Shown here: positions 52,544 through 62,826 of the stretch, piece after piece
How positions within the stretch are numbered: position 1 is the first letter of the stretch
Layout: every line of letters begins with the position of its first letter
Assembly: GCA_965140705.1 (NCBI GenBank)
Contig: OZ223300.1
Span: forward strand, 704,001-768,000
DNA: 64,000 nucleotides
Reading direction: 5' to 3'
From: an uncultured Arcobacter sp.
Lineage (GTDB): Bacteria > Campylobacterota > Campylobacteria > Campylobacterales > Arcobacteraceae
Notes under the pieces: generated by a model
What the model saw: only the letters and a program-made list of their open reading frames with translations
Databases searched by the model: none
What the model was told of the DNA's origin: nothing
Position numbers and translations under genes: made by a program

Positions 52544-54622
52544 TTGAAGAATAAGAAAAACAATAAACAAGATAAAAACAATAACAACAACAATAATAAT
52601 AACAATAATTTTTTTAGTAATAATCCATTATTAGTTTTTGTTTTATTTTCATTAGTTACAATTATGGCATTTAAGGCCTTGTTTCCAGAAGAACAAGGGG
52701 GAAGTGCAACAAATCAAAATATTCAAGCATTTGGACAAACAAAACATAAGACTATTGCATATTCTGATTTAAAAAATTTAATTAGTAGTGGAAAAATCCA
52801 ATATGTTGGAATTGGAAATACTAATATTAAAGCTGTATCAAAACCAAATGGTGGTGATATTACAACTTATTCTGCAAGAAGAGTAGTTCCAGATAGTACA
52901 TTAATTCCTATGTTAGAAAAAAATAAAATAGATTATGGTGGAGTTAATGAAGAAAATGTTTTAGCAGATATTTTATTTGGTTGGGTTTTACCTATCTTTA
53001 TATTCTTTGCAATTTGGATGTTCCTAGCTAAGAGAATGTCTAAATCAATGGGTGGAGGAAGTGGAGGAATCTTAGGAATAGGATCTTCTAAAAAAATGAT
53101 AAACTCAGAAAAACCAAATGTAAAATTTGAAGATATGGCTGGAAATAAAGAGGCTAAAGAAGAGGTTCAAGAAGTAGTTGATTTCTTAAAAGACCCAGAT
53201 AGATATGTAAAACTTGGAGCTCAGATTCCTAAAGGTGTTTTATTAGTAGGACCTCCAGGTACAGGTAAAACTCTACTTGCAAAAGCAGTAGCAGGTGAAG
53301 CAGATGTTGAATTCTTATCAGTTTCTGGTTCTGCGTTTATTGAGATGTTTGTTGGGGTTGGTGCTTCAAGAGTTAGAGACCTATTTGAACAAGCAAAAAA
53401 AGTTGCACCTGCAATTATTTTTATTGATGAGATTGATGCTATAGGTAAAAGTAGAGCTTCAGGTGGACCAATGGGTGGAAATGATGAAAGAGAACAAACT
53501 CTAAATCAACTTTTAGCGGAAATGGATGGATTTGCTACAGAATCTGCACCTGTTATTGTATTAGCTGCAACAAATAGACCAGAAGTATTAGATCCTGCTC
53601 TTTTAAGACCAGGAAGATTTGATAGACAAGTTTTAGTTGATAAACCTGACTTTGAAGGTAGAAAAGAGATTTTAAATGTACACATTAAAGGTGTAAAAGT
53701 TGGAAAAGATGTTGACTTAGAAGAAGTTGCTCGTATGACAGCTGGACTTGCTGGGGCTGATTTAGCAAATATTATTAATGAAGCAGCACTATTAGCAGGA
53801 AGAGCAAAAAAAGAAGAAGTTACATATACTGATTTTAAAGAAGCAGTTGAAAGACAAATTGCTGGTTTAGAGAAAAAATCAAGAAGAATTTCTCCAAAAG
53901 AGAGAAAAATTGTAGCTTACCATGAATCTGGACATGCTTTAATTGCAGAGATTACAAAAGGTGCTAAAAAAGTAAATAAAGTATCTATTGTTCCTCGTGG
54001 ACTTGCAGCTTTAGGATATACATTAAATAATCCAGAAGAGAATAAATACTTAATGCAAAAACATGAACTAATTGCAGAAGTTGATGTATTATTAGGTGGT
54101 AGAGCAGCAGAAGAGGTATTTATTAAAGAGATTAGTACAGGTGCTGGAAACGACTTAGAAAGAGCAACAGACATAGTTAAATCTATGGCTTCTATTTATG
54201 GTATGAGTGATATTGCTGGATTAATGGTTTTAGAAAAAAGATCAAATCAATTTTTAGGTGGTCAAACACAAAAAGACTTCTCTGATAATATGGCAAAAGA
54301 TCTTGATACTCATATTAAAACTGTATTAAATGAAAGATATGAAATCGTTCTTCAAGCTCTAAGAGACAATAGTAATGCAATTGAAGAGATGACTAAAGAA
54401 TTACTTGAAGTGGAAGTTATCTCAGGTGTAAGAGTAAGAGAAATTATCAAAGCAAACGGTGGAGTTGTTTTTGAAGAAGAGGATTTACATTCTGGAAAAA
54501 TTGAAAACAATGTTGAAGTAGATAAAACAACTGCTGAAACTTCTGAAGATAATAAAGAAGATGAAATGTCTAATAATGACGAAGACTCATCATCTAATAA
54601 AGAAGATAAAAAAGATGATTAA
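52544..54622 (+). CDS. ftsH: ATP-dependent zinc metalloprotease FtsH (N-terminal Asn11 tract)
   Basis: GPPGTGKT, DEID, SRH region, HESGH. Confidence 0.98.
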   Translation: MKNKKNNKQDKNNNNNNNNNNNFFSNNPLLVFVLFSLVTIMAFKALFPEEQGGSATNQNIQAFGQTKHKTIAYSDLKNLISSGKIQYVGIGNTNIKAVSKPNGGDITTYSARRVVPDSTLIPMLEKNKIDYGGVNEENVLADILFGWVLPIFIFFAIWMFLAKRMSKSMGGGSGGILGIGSSKKMINSEKPNVKFEDMAGNKEAKEEVQEVVDFLKDPDRYVKLGAQIPKGVLLVGPPGTGKTLLAKAVAGEADVEFLSVSGSAFIEMFVGVGASRVRDLFEQAKKVAPAIIFIDEIDAIGKSRASGGPMGGNDEREQTLNQLLAEMDGFATESAPVIVLAATNRPEVLDPALLRPGRFDRQVLVDKPDFEGRKEILNVHIKGVKVGKDVDLEEVARMTAGLAGADLANIINEAALLAGRAKKEEVTYTDFKEAVERQIAGLEKKSRRISPKERKIVAYHESGHALIAEITKGAKKVNKVSIVPRGLAALGYTLNNPEENKYLMQKHELIAEVDVLLGGRAAEEVFIKEISTGAGNDLERATDIVKSMASIYGMSDIAGLMVLEKRSNQFLGGQTQKDFSDNMAKDLDTHIKTVLNERYEIVLQALRDNSNAIEEMTKELLEVEVISGVRVREIIKANGGVVFEEEDLHSGKIENNVEVDKTTAETSEDNKEDEMSNNDEDSSSNKEDKKDD

Positions 54623-55190
54623 TAATTTTGTAGCGAAAGAGGGAAGAGTATATATTTATATCTCTTTTGCTATTTTTGTATTTTCATATTTATTTATATG
54701 TGATACATTAGCTTTTATAACTTTTTTTATAACACTATTTCTAATATTTATTTATAGAAATAATTTAAAGGTAAAAGTAAAAATTGATTCATTAGTTGCT
54801 CCAATAAGTGGTGAAGTTATTGCTATTGATAAAATTGATTCTAAAAATGTTGTATACATAAATGTTGGATTATTGGATTCTCATATATTAGTTGCTCCAA
54901 AAAATTCATTGTTTAAAGAAATATTTCATAAAAATGGACTTAATTTTTGTACAAATAGTTGCAAAGCAAATGAGTTAAATGAAAAAAGAGTATTGAGTTT
55001 TGATGATATTAAATTAGAATTGATATCTGGAAGATTTAATATTTCACACGAATTTATAAATCAAGCAAGTGTAAATCAATACGATAAAATAGGTATTTTT
55101 ATAGATGGTATTGTAAAAATTTATATTCCAGCTTCTTATAATTTAAATTTAAAATTTGGACAAAAAATAAAAGTAGGAGAAGTTTTATAA
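54615..55190 (+). CDS. Phosphatidylserine decarboxylase-related protein lacking the GS cleavage motif
   Basis: AKEG.., TM hairpin, APISGEV, DSH..AP, GQKIKVGE; ATGA-type coupling to ftsH. Confidence 0.65.
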   Translation: MINNFVAKEGRVYIYISFAIFVFSYLFICDTLAFITFFITLFLIFIYRNNLKVKVKIDSLVAPISGEVIAIDKIDSKNVVYINVGLLDSHILVAPKNSLFKEIFHKNGLNFCTNSCKANELNEKRVLSFDDIKLELISGRFNISHEFINQASVNQYDKIGIFIDGIVKIYIPASYNLNLKFGQKIKVGEVL

Positions 55191-55198
55191 ACTTTTCC

Positions 55199-55227
55199 TT
55201 GACAAATCTCATTTTATAAAATATAAT
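55199..55227 (+). promoter_or_regulatory. Consensus sigma70 promoter for the leader and leuA
   Basis: TTGACA-17 nt-TATAAT. Confidence 0.85.
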
Positions 55228-55255
55228 TATCTTCTAAATTTAATAGGAGAGCGTA

Positions 55256-55333
55256 ATGAAAAATATTAATTTTTTCAAAAATAATTTTACCAAAAGTACA
55301 AACTCTCAACTTCTCCTCAAAAACTTCCTCTAA
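55256..55333 (+). CDS. Leu-rich leader peptide (LeuL-like), 25 aa; not in ORF track
   Basis: AGGAGAG SD; MKNINFFKNNFTKSTNSQLLLKNFL* with CTT CTC CTC..CTC codons. Confidence 0.8.
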   Translation: MKNINFFKNNFTKSTNSQLLLKNFL

Positions 55334-55424
55334 CATTTATTTTAAAAATACAAATTAATACCCGTACAAGTTTTTCTTTTATTTTAAAAAAGATATAATA
55401 TGCCCAATATACAAAGGTTACAAG

Positions 55425-56978
55425 ATGGATAAAAATAGAATTATAGTATTCGATACAACATTAAGAGATGGTGAACAAAGCCCTGGTTGTTCTATGAATA
55501 CAGATGAAAAGATTAAAGTTGCTTTGCAATTAGAGAAGTTAGGAGTTGATGTCATTGAAGCTGGTTTTGCAGCTGCAAGTCCTGGTGATTTTGATGCAGT
55601 TTCAAGAATAGCTGAAGTTGTTAAGAATTCAAGTATTTGTTCTTTGAGTAGAGCAATAGAGAATGATATTAAACAATCAGGATTGGCAGTTCAAAGAGCT
55701 GCAATGCATAGAATTCACACTTTTATTGCAACTTCGCCAATACATATGAAATATAAATTAAAAATGAGCGAAGAGGAAGTTATTAAAAGAGCAGTTCATG
55801 CAGTTGAATATGCAAGAACATTTGTTGATGATGTAGAATTTTCTTTAGAAGATGCAGGAAGAAGTGAAATCTCTTTTATGAAAGAGGTTATGGATGCAGT
55901 TATTGCAGCAGGGGCAAGTACAATCAACTTACCAGATACTGTAGGATATAGATTACCTACAGAATTAGGTGCAATGGTAAAAGAATTAAGTGATTTTGCA
56001 GGTGAGCGAGCAATTATTTCAGTTCATAATCACAATGATTTAGGATTGGCAACAGCTAATACCTTATCTGCTGTTTTAAATGGTGCTAGACAAATAGAAG
56101 TTACTGTTAATGGTTTGGGTGAGAGAGCAGGGAATTCTGCATTAGAAGAGGCTGTAATGGCTATTAAAACTAGAAAAGATGCTTTTGGTGATTTATATAC
56201 TAATATAAATACAAAAGAAATATATCCATCGTCTAGATTAGTAGCAACAATAACAGGTGTTGAACCACAACAAAATAAAGCTATTGTTGGTAAAAATGCA
56301 TTTGCACATGAGAGTGGAATTCACCAAGATGGTATGTTAAAAAATCAAGAAACCTATGAAATTATGAAGCCTGAAGATATCGGTGTTTATAAAGACTCTA
56401 ATTTGATTTTAGGAAAACATAGTGGTCGTGCAGCATTTAGAGATAAAATAGAGCACTTAGGATTTGATAAAATTTCTGATGAAGAGTTAAATACTGCCTT
56501 TGAAAAATTTAAAGCTTTAGCTGATAAGAAAAAAGATGTTACTGATGATGATATTAGAATGTTAGTTACAGATGAGGCGTTAAATCATGATAAAACTTAT
56601 GAATTAGTTGGTTTACAAATTTCTGATTGTTCAGCAGGAACTCCAATGGCATCTGTATCAATCAAACATAAAGATGAAGTTATGATTGAAGCAAATATTG
56701 GTAATGGTACAATGGATGCGATTTTTAAAACTATTGATAGACTTACAGGTTATAGTGGTGAGTTACAAAGTTATAATGTAACTTCAGTTACTGAAGGTAA
56801 AGATGCTTTGGCAAAAGTAACTACAAGAGTTGTTTTTGATGAATCTTCACCATCATTTGTAGGGCATGGTTTAAGTATTGATACTATGCTTGCAACTGCA
56901 AAAGCATACTTAGGTGCACTTAATTCATACCTTTCTCAAAAAGAGAGATTAGCTAAAAATAGTGAACACCAAATTTAA
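55425..56978 (+). CDS. leuA: 2-isopropylmalate synthase
   Basis: [30 protein letters not shown]-terminal regulatory domain. Confidence 0.98.
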   Translation: MDKNRIIVFDTTLRDGEQSPGCSMNTDEKIKVALQLEKLGVDVIEAGFAAASPGDFDAVSRIAEVVKNSSICSLSRAIENDIKQSGLAVQRAAMHRIHTFIATSPIHMKYKLKMSEEEVIKRAVHAVEYARTFVDDVEFSLEDAGRSEISFMKEVMDAVIAAGASTINLPDTVGYRLPTELGAMVKELSDFAGERAIISVHNHNDLGLATANTLSAVLNGARQIEVTVNGLGERAGNSALEEAVMAIKTRKDAFGDLYTNINTKEIYPSSRLVATITGVEPQQNKAIVGKNAFAHESGIHQDGMLKNQETYEIMKPEDIGVYKDSNLILGKHSGRAAFRDKIEHLGFDKISDEELNTAFEKFKALADKKKDVTDDDIRMLVTDEALNHDKTYELVGLQISDCSAGTPMASVSIKHKDEVMIEANIGNGTMDAIFKTIDRLTGYSGELQSYNVTSVTEGKDALAKVTTRVVFDESSPSFVGHGLSIDTMLATAKAYLGALNSYLSQKERLAKNSEHQI

Positions 56979-57003
56979 TATAAGAGATTAATCTCTTATA
57001 TTA
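56976..57003 (+). terminator. Perfect 28-bp palindrome starting at the leuA stop codon
   Basis: TAATATAAGAGATT|AATCTCTTATATTA followed by a T-rich run. Confidence 0.65.
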
Positions 57004-57093
57004 TTTCTTCTTTATAATTATCCTTTTAAAACTTTTATTTTATTTTATTTCGCTAATATAATATAAACTTAATAAAAAGGTGCGCTTTAAACT

Positions 57094-59085
57094 ATGATGC
57101 AGTTTAACTTTTTCTTAAAATTATTAAAGGATTCATTTAGGGATCTTCTTCCAATAATTTTAGTAATTTTATTTTTTCAACTAGCAATTTTACAAACAAT
57201 ACCACCAGGATGGATATCTACAACTATTGGTTTGATTATTGTAGGTGTTGGACTTGCAATTTTTTTACAAGGTTTGGAAATAGGTATATTTCCAGTTGGG
57301 GAAAGCCTTGCTAGAGATTTTGCAAAATCTGGATGGACAATCTGGATTTTGATATTTGGATTTATGATAGGTTTTGGTACAACTATTGCAGAACCAGCTC
57401 TTGCAGTTATTGCAGATAAGGCAGCATCAATTTCTAGTGGTAGAATTGATGCTTCAGTTCTACGGTTTGTTGTTGCAGGTTCTGTTGGTTTTGCTATTTT
57501 ACTTGGTGTTTATAGAATAATAAAAGGTCATCCAATTCACTATTACATAATAGTAGGATATCTTTTTGTTGTAAGTATTACCTTTTTTGCTCCAAAGGAG
57601 ATTATTGGGCTTGCATATGACTTAGGAGGAGTTACAACTTCTACTGTGACTGTTCCTTTAGTTGCCGCCCTTGGTATTGGATTAGCTTCAAATATAAAAG
57701 GACGAAATCCTGTAATTGATGGCTTTGGACTTATTGCCTTTGCTTCACTCACTCCTATGATTTTTGTTCAAATTTACGGGATAGCTGTTTACTCTTTAGT
57801 TGATCCAAAAGATGTGGCAGAAATCGCAATTAATCCAATTATCTCTTCGCCAAAAGATATAACAGTAAATTCAGTAATTATGGGAATAATTGCAGTTATA
57901 AAAGATGTAACGCCAATATTACTTATTATTTTGTTTTTCCAATATGGAGTATTGAAAAAAAGCATTCAAAATATAAAAACTGTATTTTTAGGATTTGTTC
58001 TTGTTATTATTGGTTTATATGCATTTATATTAGGGCTAGAATTAGGATTATTTACCCTTGGTGAAACTATGGCTTATGAATTGACAAAAGGCAAGTCTGT
58101 ATTAGTAATTTATGCATTTTCTTTTGCAATTGGATTTTCTACAACTATGGCAGAACCTGCACTTATGGCTATTGCAAAAAAAGCAAAAGAGATTAGTGAT
58201 GGTAGAATAAATGACTTTGCACTAAGACTGTTTGTTGCCCTTGGAGTTGCTATTGGTATTGCTTTGGGTGCATTTAGAATAGTTGATGGTGGGCATATTC
58301 ATTATTACATTATTGTAGGATATATTGTTGTTATAATTTTAACTTTTATAGCACCTAAATATATTATTCCTATAGCATATGATAGTGGTGGAGTTACAAC
58401 TTCTACAGTAACAGTTCCACTAGTTGCAGCACTTGGAATTGGTCTTGCTACAAATATTCCAGGAAGAAGTCCACTTATTGATGGATTTGGACTTATTGCT
58501 TTTGCTTCACTATTTCCTATGATTACGGTTATGCTTTATGGGGTATTAACTGAAAAACTTGGGGTTAAATCTGATACTCAAATTGAAGCTGAAAATATCT
58601 TACGTGATAATTTAGTTGATGCTGAAAATATGGATTTAGCAACTGTAAATATTGATGGAAGTAATAGAAGACACTCTTTACCTATGGATTTTTATGCTGT
58701 TGTAATAATAGTGCCAAAAGATAAAAAAATAGATGCAATTCAAGCGGCTAGTAAAGCTGGGGCAAATGGAGTTACAGTTCTTAGAGCAGATGGTATGGGA
58801 CTTGGGAAAATGCACAATTTCTATAGAACATCTTTTGAAGCAAATGATTCTTTACTTCTATTTTTATTGCCAAAGGCTAGGGTAAATCCTGTGATAAAAG
58901 CAATTATTCATTCCCTTCACATAACAACAGAAGGGAAGGGTATTGCTTTTGCTTTTCCTTTAACACATATGAAAGGAATTAGTTTAAGTAGACATGATAT
59001 TTTCCAAAATAGAAAAGATAGAAAAGATGAAAATGAAGAAAATAATGAAGAAGAATTAAAAAAAGAAGATGAAAGTAATAAATAA
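57094..59085 (+). CDS. Membrane protein with tandem DUF1538 domains fused to a C-terminal PII-like domain
   Basis: Duplicated GF.TT.AEPAL and AYD.GGVTTSTVTVPLVAALGIGLA..DGFGLIAFASL; tail AGANGVTV..G.G..GKGIAF. Confidence 0.85.
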   Translation: MMQFNFFLKLLKDSFRDLLPIILVILFFQLAILQTIPPGWISTTIGLIIVGVGLAIFLQGLEIGIFPVGESLARDFAKSGWTIWILIFGFMIGFGTTIAEPALAVIADKAASISSGRIDASVLRFVVAGSVGFAILLGVYRIIKGHPIHYYIIVGYLFVVSITFFAPKEIIGLAYDLGGVTTSTVTVPLVAALGIGLASNIKGRNPVIDGFGLIAFASLTPMIFVQIYGIAVYSLVDPKDVAEIAINPIISSPKDITVNSVIMGIIAVIKDVTPILLIILFFQYGVLKKSIQNIKTVFLGFVLVIIGLYAFILGLELGLFTLGETMAYELTKGKSVLVIYAFSFAIGFSTTMAEPALMAIAKKAKEISDGRINDFALRLFVALGVAIGIALGAFRIVDGGHIHYYIIVGYIVVIILTFIAPKYIIPIAYDSGGVTTSTVTVPLVAALGIGLATNIPGRSPLIDGFGLIAFASLFPMITVMLYGVLTEKLGVKSDTQIEAENILRDNLVDAENMDLATVNIDGSNRRHSLPMDFYAVVIIVPKDKKIDAIQAASKAGANGVTVLRADGMGLGKMHNFYRTSFEANDSLLLFLLPKARVNPVIKAIIHSLHITTEGKGIAFAFPLTHMKGISLSRHDIFQNRKDRKDENEENNEEELKKEDESNK

Positions 59086-59404
59086 TTTAGAAGATATAAA
59101 AGAGAAGATAAGCTCGAAAGAAGCCCTAATTATATACTTCTCTTCTAAAAATTGTTCAGTGTGTAAAGTATTAAAACCAAAGATAGAAAAAGAAATTTCA
59201 ACTTATTTCGATAAAATTAGTCTTTTCGAAATAAAAATTGAACAAAGCTTAGATATAAGTTCTTATTTTACAATATTTCAAGCTCCTACAATTTTATTTT
59301 ACCTTGATGGAAAAGAGTTTTTAAGAGAAGGAAAAAATATAAGCATAAGTGCTTTTATCAATGCAATAAAAAGACCTTATGAGATGTTTTATGGAGAAGA
59401 ATAA
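59069..59404 (+). CDS. Thioredoxin-family protein
   Basis: CSVC motif; APTILFYLDGKE. Confidence 0.85.
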   Translation: MKVINNLEDIKEKISSKEALIIYFSSKNCSVCKVLKPKIEKEISTYFDKISLFEIKIEQSLDISSYFTIFQAPTILFYLDGKEFLREGKNISISAFINAIKRPYEMFYGEE

Positions 59405-59824
59405 ATGAAAATTACTATTATAATATTTTTTGTAGTATTACTTTTAATGCAAGCAATACAAATAGATAAAACAAACCCTGTTATTGATAAATCATTAGAA
59501 ATTCAAGCACCAAAAGAGGTTAAAGTTTTACTTAAAAATGCTTGTTATGATTGCCATTCAAATGAGACTATTTGGCCTTGGTATAGTTCAATTGCACCTG
59601 GATCTTGGATAATAGAAGGACATGTAGTTGATGGAAGAAAAGCATTAGATTTTAGTACTTGGGCAAATTATACAAAAGAAGAAAAAAAGAAAAAACTTAA
59701 AGAAATCTATAGAACAGCATATGCTGTTATGCCTTTGGCTAGTTACACTTGGATACATAAAGAAGCTAATTTAACAAAAGAACAAAGGGAATTGATAAGA
59801 GAATGGACAGGGGTTAGACGATAG
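59405..59824 (+). CDS. Haem-binding (Haem_bd) c-type cytochrome domain protein
   Basis: ACYDCHS (CxxCH), WPWYS, MP. Confidence 0.85.
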   Translation: MKITIIIFFVVLLLMQAIQIDKTNPVIDKSLEIQAPKEVKVLLKNACYDCHSNETIWPWYSSIAPGSWIIEGHVVDGRKALDFSTWANYTKEEKKKKLKEIYRTAYAVMPLASYTWIHKEANLTKEQRELIREWTGVRR

Positions 59825-62787
59825 TGGTAAACGCTGAGCTTAATGAACTTTTACAAGACAAAAAAGAACTTCTAACAATTACTTATTTTAAACTTCAAAA
59901 AAAATTTGAAGAAAAATATGGAACAAATACCGTAGTTCTTATGGAAATAGGGACATTTTTTGAAGTTTATGAAGTAAATAATGAAGAAGAACAAATAGGT
60001 AAAGCAAAAGAGATTGCTGAGCTTTTAAATATACAATTGACAAGAAAAAACAAGGCTATTTTAGAAAACTCTAAAGAGAATCCAATTATGGCAGGTGTCC
60101 CTGCAATTTCACTAGAAAAACATCTTGCTAGAATAATTGGAGAACAAAAATACACAGTTGTATTAATAAGACAAAAAGGTCTTCCTCCTAAAGTTAGCAG
60201 GTATATTGATACAGTTGTAAGTCCTGGGACAAACTTTGATTTTGTAATTGATCAAGATGAAAATAATATTACTTCACTTACAATAGATTGTAATAAGGGA
60301 ATCTTTTCTGTTGGGTATAGTGCTATTGATGTTACAACTGGAAAATGTTATTACAATGAAGTTCATGGAACAAGCGAAGATAAAAACTTTGCCCTTGATG
60401 AGTGTTTTAATTATATGAATATGCACAAAACAAATGAGGTAGTTATCTCCTTTTGTGATAAAGCAATAAATCAAAAAGAGATAATAGAGTACCTTGAATT
60501 ATCTCACAAAACTTTTCATATAAGTTCATTTAGACCAAAAATTGTTTATCAAAATGAGTTATTTAAAAATGTATTCAATATAGAATCGCTTCTAACCTCA
60601 ATAGAACATCTTGATATGGAAAGAGTTCCTTTAGCTACTGAATCATTAGCAGTATTGATTGATTTTGTAATTGGGCATGATGCTAAAATTATTCAAAAAT
60701 TATCTTTCCCTCAAAAGCTAGATATTAGCAGATATATCTATCTTGGAAATAATGCCTTAGAACAATTAAATATAATAGAGACTTCACATAATCCATCTTT
60801 GATAAAAATCATAAATAATACTTCAACTGCTATGGGGAAAAGACTTTTAAAAGAGAGACTTACTCATCCAGTAAAAGATGAAAAAGAGTTACTTAGACGA
60901 TATGCTTTATCAAAAGAGTTATATGATTATCACACTCCAATTGAGAGTGAATTAGCAAATATTTATGATATAGAAAGATTAACTAGAAGAATTAAACTCT
61001 CTCGTCTTCATCCCTTTGAATTAAACTACTTATATGACTCACTTATTAGTATTAAAGAAGTAGTTACTTTTATGGAAAACTATAAATTCTTTACAGCACC
61101 TTGTACTTCTGCTGAGTTACAGATGTTTATTGATTCTATTGATTCAACTTTTGATTTATCAATTAGTGGTAAATATATGCTAAAAGATGTTGAAGCAAAT
61201 ATGATTTGTGAGGGAATCAATACAAAAATTGATGAACTTACAAATGAAAATAAAAAACTAATAGAGAAATTAGAGATATTGAGACTTCATATTTTGGGAT
61301 TTTTAAAATCAAATGATCAAAACTTCGTTAGTATTCAAAGACTTGATAAAGAAGGATTTTATCTAGGACTTACAAAAAGCAGATTTAATCTTATGAGAGA
61401 AGAACTTTTAAATTCACATTTAATAATTGATGATGAATTACTTTTATTTAAAGATTTTAAAATAAAAGTTCAAACAAATTCTGTAAAAATAACTTGCAAA
61501 CTAACAGAAGATATCTCTGATAAATATGTACATAATTTGCGAAAAATTATTGAGTTAAATAAACTTGTTTTTAAAGAAAAGCTCTTAGAATTTGAGAAAA
61601 AGTTTGCTATTTTACTAGAAGAGTTAGTTCAATTTATTGCTGAAATTGATTTAACAGTTTCAAATATAAAAACAGCTAAAAAACATAATTATTCACCTCC
61701 AAAAATAGTAAAAACAAAAGATAATGAGAGCTTTATTGAACTTATAGATTTAAGACATCCTATAATTGAACATGGAGAAGAACAGGGGATTTATGTACCT
61801 AATGATGTTATTTTAGGAGAGCTTAGTCTTGCAAGTGATGAATATAAAAATAATGTAATTATTAAAAACTCAAATCCAATAAATATGTTCAATAATAAAA
61901 TGCATGGTGTTTTACTTTATGGAATAAATTCAAGTGGAAAATCTTCACTTATGAAATCAATTGGTATTGCTGTAATTTTAGCCCAAGCCGGATTTTATGT
62001 ACCATGTAAATCAATGAGGTTTTCTATTTTTGATGCAGTATTTACAAGAATTTCAGGAGCTGATAATATTGCAAAAGGTTTATCTTCTTTTGCAGTTGAG
62101 ATGTTAGAACTTAAAAATATATTCAATAGAGCTACTAAGAATTCACTTGTACTTGGTGATGAGATAAGTCATAGTACTGAAACTATGAGTGGAGTTAGTA
62201 TTGTGGCGAGTGCCATATTAAAATTAGCAAAATTAGAATCAATTTTTATGTTTGCTACACACTTACATCAACTGCCTGAACTTCCAGAAATAGAAAAACT
62301 AAAAAACATAATATGTTTACACTTATCTGTTATGTATGAAGATAATGAAGACAAGCTTATATTTAATAGAAAACTTCAATATGGAAGTGGAAGTAGTATG
62401 TATGGTTTAGAGTATGCTAAATCACTTCATATGGATAAAGAGTTTCTTAGAATGGCAAATGATATAAGAAAAAAATTAACCGATGATTATGATCCAATTG
62501 AGAGAATTTCACAAAGAAAAACTTCAAAATACAATAAAGACCTTATTGTTTCTACTTGTGTAATATGTGGAAGAAGTGTTGATGATGTTCACCATATAAA
62601 AGAGCAAGCAAGGGCAAATAAAGATGGCTTTATAGGTCATGTAAATGCAAATCATAAATATAATTTAATACCACTTTGTAAAGAACACCATAAAATGGTA
62701 CATGAGGGTAAAATAAATGTAAATGGATTTATAGCTACTTCAAAAGGTTTGGAGTTACATTATACGATGTTGGATGAAGAAAAATAA
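59824..62787 (+). CDS. MutS-family ATPase fused to a C-terminal HNH endonuclease (MutS7-type)
   Basis: GTFFEVY, GINSSGKS, GDEISHST, FATHLH; CVIC..HH..NLIPLCKEHH. Confidence 0.9.
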   Translation: MVNAELNELLQDKKELLTITYFKLQKKFEEKYGTNTVVLMEIGTFFEVYEVNNEEEQIGKAKEIAELLNIQLTRKNKAILENSKENPIMAGVPAISLEKHLARIIGEQKYTVVLIRQKGLPPKVSRYIDTVVSPGTNFDFVIDQDENNITSLTIDCNKGIFSVGYSAIDVTTGKCYYNEVHGTSEDKNFALDECFNYMNMHKTNEVVISFCDKAINQKEIIEYLELSHKTFHISSFRPKIVYQNELFKNVFNIESLLTSIEHLDMERVPLATESLAVLIDFVIGHDAKIIQKLSFPQKLDISRYIYLGNNALEQLNIIETSHNPSLIKIINNTSTAMGKRLLKERLTHPVKDEKELLRRYALSKELYDYHTPIESELANIYDIERLTRRIKLSRLHPFELNYLYDSLISIKEVVTFMENYKFFTAPCTSAELQMFIDSIDSTFDLSISGKYMLKDVEANMICEGINTKIDELTNENKKLIEKLEILRLHILGFLKSNDQNFVSIQRLDKEGFYLGLTKSRFNLMREELLNSHLIIDDELLLFKDFKIKVQTNSVKITCKLTEDISDKYVHNLRKIIELNKLVFKEKLLEFEKKFAILLEELVQFIAEIDLTVSNIKTAKKHNYSPPKIVKTKDNESFIELIDLRHPIIEHGEEQGIYVPNDVILGELSLASDEYKNNVIIKNSNPINMFNNKMHGVLLYGINSSGKSSLMKSIGIAVILAQAGFYVPCKSMRFSIFDAVFTRISGADNIAKGLSSFAVEMLELKNIFNRATKNSLVLGDEISHSTETMSGVSIVASAILKLAKLESIFMFATHLHQLPELPEIEKLKNIICLHLSVMYEDNEDKLIFNRKLQYGSGSSMYGLEYAKSLHMDKEFLRMANDIRKKLTDDYDPIERISQRKTSKYNKDLIVSTCVICGRSVDDVHHIKEQARANKDGFIGHVNANHKYNLIPLCKEHHKMVHEGKINVNGFIATSKGLELHYTMLDEEK

Positions 62788-62813
62788 CATAGACTTTTAA
62801 GTCTATGTTATTT
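62782..62813. terminator. Hairpin between convergent genes
   Basis: AAATAACATAGACTT-TT-AAGTCTATGTTATTT. Confidence 0.65.
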
Positions 62814-62826
62814 GATTATAAATTTA

